DNA from: Camelus ferus
Taxonomy: Eukaryota
Reading direction: 5' to 3'
NCBI RefSeq assembly: GCF_009834535.1
Contig: NC_045704.1
Coordinates: 17,112,001 to 17,176,000 of the forward strand
DNA length: 64,000 nt
Shown here: in pieces, positions 1 to 10,639 of the stretch
Layout: each line of letters begins with the position of its first letter
Numbering within the stretch: position 1 is the first letter of the stretch
The notes under the pieces: model-generated
Databases searched by the model: none
What the model was told of the DNA's origin: nothing
The model's input: the letters and a program-made list of their open reading frames with translations, nothing else
Translations under genes and position numbers: made by a program

Positions 1-1084
1 TGTGGCCTCCTCCGAACAGGTCTCCCTGGGAGGTTGAACTTTTCTCGAACCACTCAGACATTTTGGCAACAGCCTTCAAGGCCAGTTTAGCTTACAGATT
101 CCATCAACAAAACATCTCTAGTGTATAACTGTTTATCAAAACACCAACAAGTAGCTCCAGTATTATCCATTGTCAATATTATCATTGCTAAATTTATCAG
201 AAGTGGCTCCAAATAGGACTTCAGATGTTTCCCTCCCCTACAAACCCCACAAGTCAAATTCACTACCAAAGCACAAAGACTGGCCACCCTGAGGAGATAT
301 CAAACCTAGGGTGGGTTTTGGCGAAATGGAAGAATGAGAGCTTGAAGTTCAGACAGACTTGAGTCCAAAATTCTGACTCTACTACTTAAGACTACCATGG
401 AAACTTTAGGTAACCTTAGGTCAGTTGCCTCCCTTGTCTGTGTCTCAATTTCCTTTTCTCATAACAGGTGACTCACATCCAGTTCACAGAGTTGCAATGA
501 GTGCCCAGGACAATCCCTGGCATAGAGGTGGTCCTTAATATATAGCAGTTTCCTCATGAGGATATAAGAGTTCTCGCATGTGTTACTAAATCTGTCCAAT
601 ATGTCCATGAAACCTTGGATACTTAACAAACATCTATTTGAACACAAAGAGCTCAAATCACAGACCTGATTGTAACCTCCACCAACTCTGACACGTAATT
701 CCTTTTAAATGCCTCTGTAACTTGAGCCCAACTTTCAGGCATTCCTCAAAGCCAGCCTCTTGCCCCCAAATAAATTCTGCAGACTGGAAGCTCCCTGACC
801 TTCTTTTCAACGTCAAGAACATCAGAGGACAAGAGGGTTCCTGGGAAAGCTGTACTTCTGGTTCCCTGGAGAAAGCACACATCTTGTAGTTCAGACTCCT
901 GTGTTTCTTACCGGCTAGAACAGGGTCCATGGATGAACTATAGGGGGCCTGTGAAGAGCCCTGAGGTTGGAGCACAATTAGGTAGACATAGGGATGCACT
1001 TTCCTGGGAGAAAGTCTATACTAAATGTTGTAAAACTAGAAATCTATGGGCCAAAGGTTGCCTGAAACATGTGGTTGGGACCAC

Positions 1085-1185
1085 AAGGGGATTTTTGAAA
1101 TTTTGCATTTGTTGCCAACATTTAAAAATTGGGAAAGTTCACATAAAATTCAGGACTTCTGGCTTCTCCTGAGGAATCAGAAAAG
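1085..1185 (+). mobile_element. MER-type (hAT-Charlie-like) non-autonomous DNA transposon remnant
   Basis: acatttaaaaattgggaaagttcacataaaattcaggacttctggcttctcctgaggaatcag. Recognisably related diverged copies occur at ~57690-57750 (reverse) and ~62750-62850. The family name is from recall. Confidence 0.55.
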
Positions 1186-2701
1186 CTGGCTGGGGGTGGG
1201 GGGGCATCTCTGCCAGGCGACAGTCGGTTGCGCTGAAAAGCAGCTTCCCCACCACCAATGACTTTTCCAGTCTACCACCTTCCTTACCACATCAGATTGC
1301 AAACCCTAAGCTACAGTTTTCATCTGCTTCTTAAAGTAAGGCTGTGGCCCCCATAGCAACAAGTCTACCAGAGCAACCAGAGGCCCCCCTAAGGTCCTGA
1401 GGCCTGTGGGTTAAGCTGCTCTGGTTGGAATACAGGTGGCAGCACCAGAAGTGGGGGTCCCCAGAGGCCCTGTCCCTACCCCTCCTCAGATGCTCACTGC
1501 CTGGGCGTCACCAAGTTGAGTGGAGCAAACTCCAGAGCAAACGCCCAGAGCCTCTGCTTCCTGCAGAGCTGAGCACCAGAGAACTCCTGCTTCCGTCCAG
1601 GAGTCTCAGTGAATTCCAAGGAGGGGGCCTTACAAATCCTCACTTGCTCAGGAGAGCTTCCAGCTGTATTTCGAGTTCCTGCTTCCTGAGGCTCCCTGCT
1701 TCTGAAGAGTAACTTCTTTCACCCTCACATCCTGTTGGGGATGCTGTTATTACCTTCCTTTGACAGATGGGGAAACTGAGGATCACACAGCTGGCACCAG
1801 CAGAGCCAGTGCTGTCCAGCTCCAGAGCTAGAATCCAAAAGGCCCCACTAGGCTTCCATCCTCAGGAAAGCACTTAAGGTGGATTCTGTTATTATTCCCT
1901 TATGTAGACAAGGAAATAGAGCTCTGATTGTCCCAAGTCACCGGCAGTTAGGAAGGGACAGAAAAGAGATTCAGACACAGGTATGCCTGACCCTCAGCTG
2001 TGATCTGAGCCATCAAGTTACCCCCATCTCTCTCTCCTACTGAGCCCCAACACTCAACAGCAGAAATCGCACAGTCACCAACAACCAGAATCCATTTGGC
2101 CAGACAGCTGCTGGACACACGGAGGATGAAAACACAAATCAGTCAGACTAACCTCTGGGAGGACAGAGGCAGAATGAGGCAGGGCAGCACCCCTGGGGTG
2201 GGGCCAGGGACCGGGATAGGAAGCGGGGACTTCCAAGAGGAAGCTGGGCCCAGAGCACAGCAATAAGCAAAGCTTTGGGGGCCGTGGCCCTTACCTCTTG
2301 GGCAGAAGCAGCAAAGCTAATACATTCAGGCCACCAACCCGGTCCAGCAGAGAACCTGGAGAGAGAGGAGAACAGAGTCAGCATCCTGGGGAACCCGTGA
2401 AGCATCTCTACCTCATGCAGGATGAGGCACTCCTGGAACAAAGGGACTCTGCTCCTGTCACACCATCAGGAGTCACAAGTTGGTGAATGTGGACTCAGGT
2501 CCTGCCAGACACTGGTTGCCTTCATTTACCGGCTCTAAGCCTCAGTGTTCCCATCTCATGAGTGGGTATACTGATGCTTGCCCTTGTTGAACATCTGTTT
2601 TTTCCCATCAGACTGGAAGCTCATTAAAGGCTAGGGGCTGTGTCTTACATCTTTAGCCTTTGGCAGATGGCCTGGCAAATGCAGGGTGCTCAATAAGTAC
2701 A

Positions 2702-2745
2702 TGATGGATGACTGAGTGGATGGATGGATGGATGAGTGGATGGAG
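2702..2745 (+). repeat. (GGAT)n-like tetranucleotide repeat at an L2-type tail
   Basis: tgatggatgactgagtggatggatggatggatgagtggatgg follows a tgctcaataagtac L2/MIR-like 3' end. Confidence 0.8.
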
Positions 2746-4372
2746 GAATTAATTAATTAACAAACTATACATCTCCAAGGACTGCTAGGAGGGTCAAATG
2801 AGAAAGATGTGGAAGAATTATTCATTATTAGGTGCCTGTGTGCCTTGGGGAGATGAAAATAAAAGTCATAACAATGTTTCTGACTTGTATATTTGTTTAT
2901 TCATTTACTCATTTGGTTAATCAGCAAATACTGAGGCTTGTCTGGGCTGGGCTCTTGACCAAGTGTGGGAGGTGCAGAGATGGATTAGGCAAGGCCTCTG
3001 CCCTGCGAAGGCAAGCTGGGGTGACCGAATAAAGAGCTAATGCCCACATGCTGGGGTAAGCAGAGGGTGCAGTGGGACTCCCAGGGGAGGTCAGGAAAGA
3101 ACTAGGGAGGATGTGATCCCTAAGCCAAGCCTGGCAGACAAAGCAACTTTGGTCAGATGGAGCACCGGGTGGGATGCAAGAGAATGTCAGGCCTTTGGCT
3201 GCCCAGGGTTCAGTGAGAGAAATGGGAAAGATGAGTATACAAAGATAGCAGGGCTGTACCTGGCAGAGCCTGGTCCAAGCAGCTGGAGGGAGGGAGATGA
3301 TGCAGTTTCTCTTTAGAAAGGTCCTACTGCGTGCTTTGTAGAAGACGGGGAGGACAGAGAGGTAGACAGGAAATGGGGAGACCCTCTCCAAAGAGTGTTT
3401 GCTGAGCCTCTCCACAGCCCTGAAGTAAGGCAGAGTGTCATCCCCACTTTACAGATGCAGGAGACGAGGTTATGAGGAGACTGACTTCCCTAGAATCCTG
3501 TACAACTCAGTGAGGGGTGGAGCCAGTTAGAGAGCTCAGACTTGCATGTTTCCTATTGAAACCTGATTCCCTGTCTTCTGGGAATGTAGTCTTCTTGGAA
3601 AAGCTGCTTGAAACTGCACAAAGACCACCCTTGCCCCTGCTTGTCATGAGCACTCAGAGAAGGGGTAGGGACTTTAGGATAGGGAGAGACTTCCCAAAGG
3701 AGACAGGATTTCAGGGAGACCTTCCCACCAGGCAGGTCCTGATGAATGGACAGTGAGCAACACCGGAAGCTGTGGGTCAGAGAGGGAGAGCCCTGTAGGT
3801 GGGGTGACAAAGCCAGGAAGGCCACATCTGTCTGACATCTGTGTGTCCCTGTGGGTGCACTCTCCAGAGAGAAGGCTTTAGTGGGACAGGCAGGGCCATG
3901 GATCTTGACGTTTGGCAGGCTACCTTCCTATCTCATGGCAAATCTGGCAGCACAGATGGGAAAACTGAGGCCCAGGACCAGCCAAGGACACAAAGAATTG
4001 GTAGAGACAGGACTGGAGTTCAGGAGGGAAGAAGAGGAACAGAAAAAGATGGACTGAGACAGCAGGGAGAGCAAGAATAGACAGACAGACAGACAGAGAA
4101 AATGGATGGGGAGACAGATGGACACAGATGAGGAATAGAGGGAGCCACAGGTAGAGAGCCCAGAGAGAAACCCAAATGGGAAAGAAAAAAAGGGGAGTAA
4201 AAGGAACAAGGGGTTCGCCCAACTCCTCCCACTTCCCCCCTCTCGACCTGGGCCTCCATTTTCAGGGGTGGAGGGGACCAGAACCCCTGGTCCCTGGGGG
4301 GAGGGAGGAGCTGGGGTTTCTTCCCCCTCAGGAACTCCCCTCAACCCCCCTGCCCCCGGAGCTAATCAGCGG

Positions 4373-4584
4373 NNNNNNNNNNNNNNNNNNNNNNNNNNNN
4401 NNNNNNNNNNNNNNNNNNNNNNNNNNNNNNNNNNNNNNNNNNNNNNNNNNNNNNNNNNNNNNNNNNNNNNNNNNNNNNNNNNNNNNNNNNNNNNNNNNNN
4501 NNNNNNNNNNNNNNNNNNNNNNNNNNNNNNNNNNNNNNNNNNNNNNNNNNNNNNNNNNNNNNNNNNNNNNNNNNNNNNNNNNNN
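4373..4584. other. Assembly gap (212 N) in GC-rich sequence
   Basis: Run of N seen directly. Confidence 1.
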
Positions 4585-5504
4585 GGGAATCCCCAGGCCT
4601 CTCAGGGCCCCGGAACCAGATAGTGCCTTCGGGCTGAGGTCTTCCCTGGAGGTAGCGCCTCTCCTTGGGGCTTCCCTCCAGCAGCGGCCCCCTACTTGTC
4701 TCTGCCCTCTGCCTCCCTCAGCTATGATGCCCATGGGCAGGACCACCCCAGGCCCATCTGCCTCCAATTCTCCACCTCATGCCATCTCCTAGGGCCCTGC
4801 ACCTCCATATGCCCTTGGACAGACCCCTTTCCCAAGTAGATAACATCTCCCCATGGGAGAGACCGCCCTGTGGGAGGTATTCCCAGCAGGGCCTTGAGAC
4901 TGGAAGATAGCAGTAGGAGCCATTTAAAGATGACTTCTCCCCATTTCACAGATGGAGACTCTGAGGAACAGAGGGGGAAGCAGGTGACCCATAGTGGCCT
5001 GGCGCAGGAAGTGGAGGAGGCAGGACTTGAACCCTGATTTCTCTGACTCCAAAGTCTATGTTCCTTGTAGCTGTGCCACAGAGAAGAGGAAGATGCCAAC
5101 ATTCACTGGAGAAGGAAAGGAAGCTCAGCTTTTGGTCCTCAGACTCCTGGAAGCCAATGTAATGGTTCGCTGTGTCCTGGAGTCAGTCTGCTACTTGCTT
5201 GCCAGATTTGCGGGCTCCTGGAGGGTAGACTGGGGCCTGGCTCCTTTAGGGGTCTCGAGCACTGCCCAGTACAGCCCTGAGCTGGAGCTTGGGACAGGCT
5301 GAGGATGACAGTGCCCATCGGCCCCACACATAGGCTCCCACACGCACTTTCACTGAGAAACAGACAGACAGAGAAACTGGCCCCCACAAACACATCAGCT
5401 CGGATAAGTTGAGCAGAGTAGCCCTTAGTAAGAGCAGCGGAGTTTCCTGAGGTCTAGCTATGCGCCAGGCGTGGTTAGTTTCTCTGCGGCTGTGATCTCG
5501 AAGA

Positions 5505-5625
5505 CTCCTCACAACCATTTGGTAAGTATCATTCCCACGGCAGATGAGGAAATGGAGGCTCAGAGAGGTGAAATCACTTACCCAAGGTCATACAGCCAAG
5601 AGAGGGCAGTTCAGTCTGACTGGAC
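5505..5625 (-). mobile_element. MIR SINE fragment
   Basis: gatgaggaaatggaggctcagagaggtgaaatcacttacccaaggtcatacagc is the reverse complement of the MIR core. Confidence 0.85.
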
Positions 5626-6544
5626 TCTGAGGGGAACAGGACACAGAGCAAACAAGATCCAGTGACTGCAAGCAAGAGAGTGGGTACAAAGATGGGGTGC
5701 AGGAACCCAGAGCCTAGACAGAGGACCAGGAGGGCCCACACGGGGCAGGGAGGCAGGAGGCATGGCAAGCAAGGCAGGAAAACTGGAGACAGGATGACAC
5801 TCTAAGCTCCTGACCTGGCAGGACTAGGACAGGAGATGGTGAGGCCGAGGCTGGCTCTCACCTGCTCTGAACTTGCCAAAGGGCTCAGGGTTCTGGGGTG
5901 CTGCATGAGGAGAGTGAAGTTTCCACAGCCACCTGCTCCCTGGCGCAGAACAGGGCGGGGGTGCGGGCAGTGGAGGAGGCCCGTGAGATGAGCCAGGGAT
6001 TGATCTGACAAGGTCCTAATCAAATGGTCAATATCGCTGACCTGACCACTTAACCTATTGATAAGCTGGCAAGGGTGGAGGAGGCGGCGAGTGGGCTTAG
6101 GGAGGGAGGAAGCTAGAGGGCTGGGGGGAGCCCAGTGGGCAGTGCTTAGGCCTGCAGGGTGCCTGGGTCTGGGGGCCTGGAAGAGGGCGGTCTCCTCCTC
6201 AAGCATCCCCCTCCACACACTGCCTTCCTTCTGGGAGGTCACGTGCCTTCTGTCTGAAGACTTCTACCCAAGCCTGTCTCTCCACTCAGAGCCCCTCAGC
6301 CCCATCCTGAGTGAGGTTGGGAACCGTCACTGGCACCTAAGCCACCCCTAGGTCCCCTTGGATCGTGCTTTAACTTTTCACACATGTGAGGGACTTCTCC
6401 TCTGAGCCTCAATGGCCTTATCTAGAAACTGGGGGTAATTATAATAGGGACCACCAGGAAACAATCTAGAGGTCCTATGACTAGGGGCTGGTACAATAAA
6501 TGATGATACAGCAGGCACATAAAGGAGGGCTGTGGAGTCATTGA

Positions 6545-6940
6545 AAATATGTCTGAAATAAATTCATTGACAAGGAAGCGATTTTCATAATCCATTGTTA
6601 GGAAGGAAAAAAAGGCAGGTTATAAACTGGTATGTAGCTTGTGATTCCATTTTTATGAAATAAATACACACATTTTTTTTTACTATAAAAAAGAATAGAG
6701 CAGAAGTCAGAATTCTGAGTTTGGCCCCAGTATCTGAATTTTAATATGTTCTTTGGGTAAACTTGTAGGCATACTCCTGTTTGGAAAAAAGCTATCTAGA
6801 AGGATAGGCATCAAGAAGTTAATTTCTTTTTTCATTTAACTAGATTATTATGGTGGGTTTTTTCCAGTATCTTTGAATAGTTGCATTTTCTACTTTTTCT
6901 ACAATGAACCTGTATCACATGACAATATTTGTTTGTAATT
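6545..6940 (+). mobile_element. Old L1M (L1ME-type) 3' fragment
   Basis: AT-rich segment with the typical L1ME 3' UTR phrases (cattgttaggaagg..aaaggcaggttataaac..tgattccatttttatg; aagaagttaat..gtggt; tttttctacaatgaacctgtatcac). Confidence 0.6.
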
Positions 6941-7424
6941 GAAAAAGTGGGGCTGATAAATCCTGCATGGGCAGGATTGTGGCTGGGTGCTCGGAAGACA
7001 CACAATGAGTGGTCTTTCTGTCCCAGCCAGGCTTGTCTTATTTTCCCTCTGTGTCAAAGCCCAGCAGAGCCCAGTGCCTCCAGGAACGTGAATGAATCTG
7101 AAATCTGCTGAGTGGAGAAAGGTTTGCTCCTCTGGTTTCTCCTCTATTAGTGAGGGCAGGGTAGGACCAAGTTGAATTTTGTGCCCTCTCTCCTCTTCAG
7201 GAAACTGGATGAGGGCTTACAGGCAGGAGAAACAGCAAAAGGGGAAGTTGAGGTCCAGAGGGAGGGAAAGAATTTTCCCAACATCACACAGCTAGTTGTA
7301 ACAGAGCTAGGACCAAAGCTGGCTCCTGGGTCGTGGGGAGGAGAAAAGCTGCCAGATCAAGTGTGCATGCAGGCCAGAGGACTGGTGAGACAGCATGCAC
7401 TTCTATAGGCCAGAAGCTGTATCA

Positions 7425-7545
7425 CCAAAAAGCTGTGTGACCCTGGGTAAGTCACTTCACCTCTCTGAGCCTCATTTTGCTCAAACATAAAATGGGGATA
7501 ATAATAATACCTGCCTCACAGTGCTGGTGTGAGCAGTCAACAAGA
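7425..7545 (+). mobile_element. MIR SINE fragment
   Basis: gctgtgtgaccctgggtaagtcacttcacctctctgagcctcatttt...aaaatggggataataataatacctgcctcacag matches the MIR core. Confidence 0.9.
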
Positions 7546-8744
7546 CCATGCTTATGACCAACTGAGGAGAGGGCCTGACACAGAAAGGGGCAAGTGAGTG
7601 GTGGAAATGACATTAGGATTATCAGCCACAAATGATGTTTGGGAGTAGGATGTGAAGGATGCGGGAGGGAATGCATTAGAAGTGCAGGGAGAAGGTGTGT
7701 CCTAGTACATGTCTTGGGGTGAACAAATACAATGAAGACACCTGGCTAAATATGTTCCTTTGTTCATTCATTCATTCAACAAGCGTTTTCTAAGGGCAGT
7801 TCTAGGTCAGACCCTGTGCCAGGCCCCACAACCCAGATTTGAACAATGGAAGTTTCCACTGGGTTAGTAAAGGGGAATTAGGGATGGCTGGTGCTGCTCT
7901 CCCCTCTGTAAGAGTTGCTTGCCTCAGTGGCCTCCAGACTATCCCTTGGGGCTCTACGGAAGGGGGCTGAGCAGGAGCACAAGCCCCCACCGCCTGCCCA
8001 GTGTGCTACTTCAGGAGTGTGTGTGCAAGCGCACGCTGGAGTACAGCAGGCTCTGTGTGGACAGACCGTGTCCACTTTGTGGTTCACAGCACCACGGATC
8101 AGGTCTGGCGCTCTGGGGGCATGCCATGCCTGAGTTTTTTCCTCCTTTTTTTTTCAATGAAAAAAAAAATGTTCAAAGCGCCTAGCACAATGCCTAACAC
8201 CTGGCAGGTACTCAATAAATAGCAGCTATTATTAGTATCATCATCACACACCAGATCACTCTTGATCCCCACAAAAACCTTATTTCGCCGACGAGGAAAG
8301 TTGAGGTTTAAAAAGAGTGATGTGATTTGCCCACGGCCGTGGCTGGGGCTCAAAGCAGAATGTGTGCAACCCCACAGTCTGGGGTCTGCCTTTCCTGGTG
8401 GCGGGTGGCGGGGGGTGTCCGGGTCAGGGGGTGGGGGAAGGGCAGCAGTGTGAGGGGTAAGCAGACGTGATGCTGAGAGGCAAGGATGAGCTGGCTGGGG
8501 TGAGGGGAATATTCTCAGGAAGATGCAGTGGAGTGTACAGGCCCAGAATGATGGGTTTGGAGTCCACCTGCTTCATGGCTCAGGCCGGAGGTGGCCTAAA
8601 TTGCCAACGGTCCCTACAGCACTGGTAGGTGCAGCCCTCCTCCCTCAGAAGGTGAGCTCCTCCACCCATGTTCAGCGCCACTGACATTCAGCTCCACCAT
8701 TATACTGGGCAACTAGCATGACAAAGAACCTGGTTCCTGTTCAT

Positions 8745-9290
8745 CTGACAAACATCCACTTAGCAATTACTGTGTGCTGAGCACTGTTCCAGGCACTGGG
8801 GATACAGTCATGAACAAGACAAAGTCCCTGCCCTCACAGTGTTGACCTTCTAGTGGAGGAAGAGATACAATAGACAAGAATATGTACTTAAGAGCTAAGA
8901 AGGAAAATAAAGCAAGTGCAGGGGTAGATTACAAGATGTTACTTTAGACTGAGAGGTCAGGAAAGGCCTGTTGGGGGAGGTAGGTTTTGAGTAGAGCCCA
9001 AATGAAGTGTTGAGGGTAAGAGCTTTCCTGACAAAAGTAACCGCAGGTGCAAAGGCCCTGAGGCAGGAACAAGGTTGATGTGTTTGAGGAACAGCAAGAA
9101 GGCCAGTACTGAGCTTCTGGAGGCAGGAGGAAAGGAGTAGAAGTTGAACAGGCAGGTGGGTACCAGTTCATACAGGGCTTCCAGACTAAAGAAGATGTTC
9201 TAAGTGTGATGGGGGAATGACAGGCTTTCTCACTGAGGCAGATGAAAATTAATCTCACCGTCAAAAACCAGGTTCCATCCTCACCACTTC
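8745..9290 (-). mobile_element. L2 LINE 3' fragment
   Basis: ctgagcactgttccaggcactggggatacagtcatgaacaagacaaagtccctgccctcacag and the following sequence match the reverse complement of the L2a/b 3' end. Confidence 0.85.
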
Positions 9291-10274
9291 CCCATACAAC
9301 ACACGGGGTCTTCTGCCCCATTCATTCTCTAAGAATAAGCTCTGGACACTTTCAACAAACCCTTGGATTTCCTGACAAGGTTTTTTCAGGGTCGACCTCC
9401 CCAAACTGAGGACTCCTCTGGGATACGGAAGGATCTGGCTCATCCAGGTACCCCAGTACCCAGCTCAGTTCTGGCCTCAGGAAGCCTCAGAAAACATCAG
9501 TGTTGAAGGTCACGAAGGGGGACTGCAAACCTTGACCTCCACCCCCTCAGCAAATTCCCACATGGGAGCAAGTTGTAGCTTGTTCAGCTCTGCCCAGTTG
9601 GCCAACAGATGGGGCTGGAGCAAGGGGAAGGCATTCTGTGTCACCTCCCTGGCCAGGCCTTGTCCAAGGTTCCCAGAGTGGATGGCCAGGGCAGAAGGCC
9701 CCTCCCTCCGGAGTCTCCCCATCCTCCTCCAGTCCGTCCTCCGCACCAGACTCTGAGATCCCTGACTTAGCACCCGGCTTACATCCCATCAAGTCCCTCC
9801 TCAAAACCCTTCTGGGCTATGTGGTGCACTTGAAATAAATCTGAACCTCGTGGTCCTTCCCAGTGATGTCAAGCCTCATCTCACCATGCACACACCTGCC
9901 AGCCCAGTGATGTCCAAAACCACTCACACCTCCATGCCAGTGCACAGTGTGTGCCTCCAACTGGAAAGCCCTCTGCCTCCCCTATCCCTCTGGACCTTGT
10001 CCACCATTCTCCATATCACCTCCTCAGTGAAGCCCCCGGACTCACCCTCCCACTCAGCACAGCCTTGGCACGCTCTGTGCATCTCTGTCAGAGCCCAGAC
10101 ATCAGGGCCCCAGCCAAGAGGACCGCATTTGCCATCAGAGGAGTTTTCTAGAGGGTCACTGAGGCACAGGGGAGTGGAGTGGGTGCATCTGTGCCCTACA
10201 TAATCTATGCCTGTGTGGCCTCAGTGAGTTTCAGGAAGGATGTGTGTGCACAGTTAGAATCTGTGTGTTGTGTC

Positions 10275-10560
10275 TAATGCTCAGTTTAAATGTCACTTCC
10301 ACAGAGGTGTTAGACTTGACCCAGCAATCTAAACCAGGTTTTCCCATGATCCCTTCCCCCAGCACCTTGTTTCTTTCCTTCCCAGATGTTATAACCATTC
10401 ATAACTAACTACACACTGAGGTCCGATCAGTGCCCGTCCTGTTGGCCGGGAGATCTTGGAGAGCAAGGCCCAGGTCTGTCTTGTAAATCACTGTTTCCCA
10501 GCTTCTAAGACAGGGTTTGGTGCACATATGGCCCAGTTCCCATGAGATGAATGAATTCAT
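10275..10560 (+). mobile_element. L2 LINE 3' end
   Basis: ctcagtttaaatgtcacttcc...gagagcaaggcccaggtctgtcttg...gggtttggtgcacata...atgaatgaattcattc. Confidence 0.75.
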
Positions 10561-10639
10561 TCCATGAGCATTTTCATCTGAGCATCTACCCATTTTCATT
10601 TTGTTCTCAGGGGACAAGTCTAAAGCGGGAAATGTTTGT

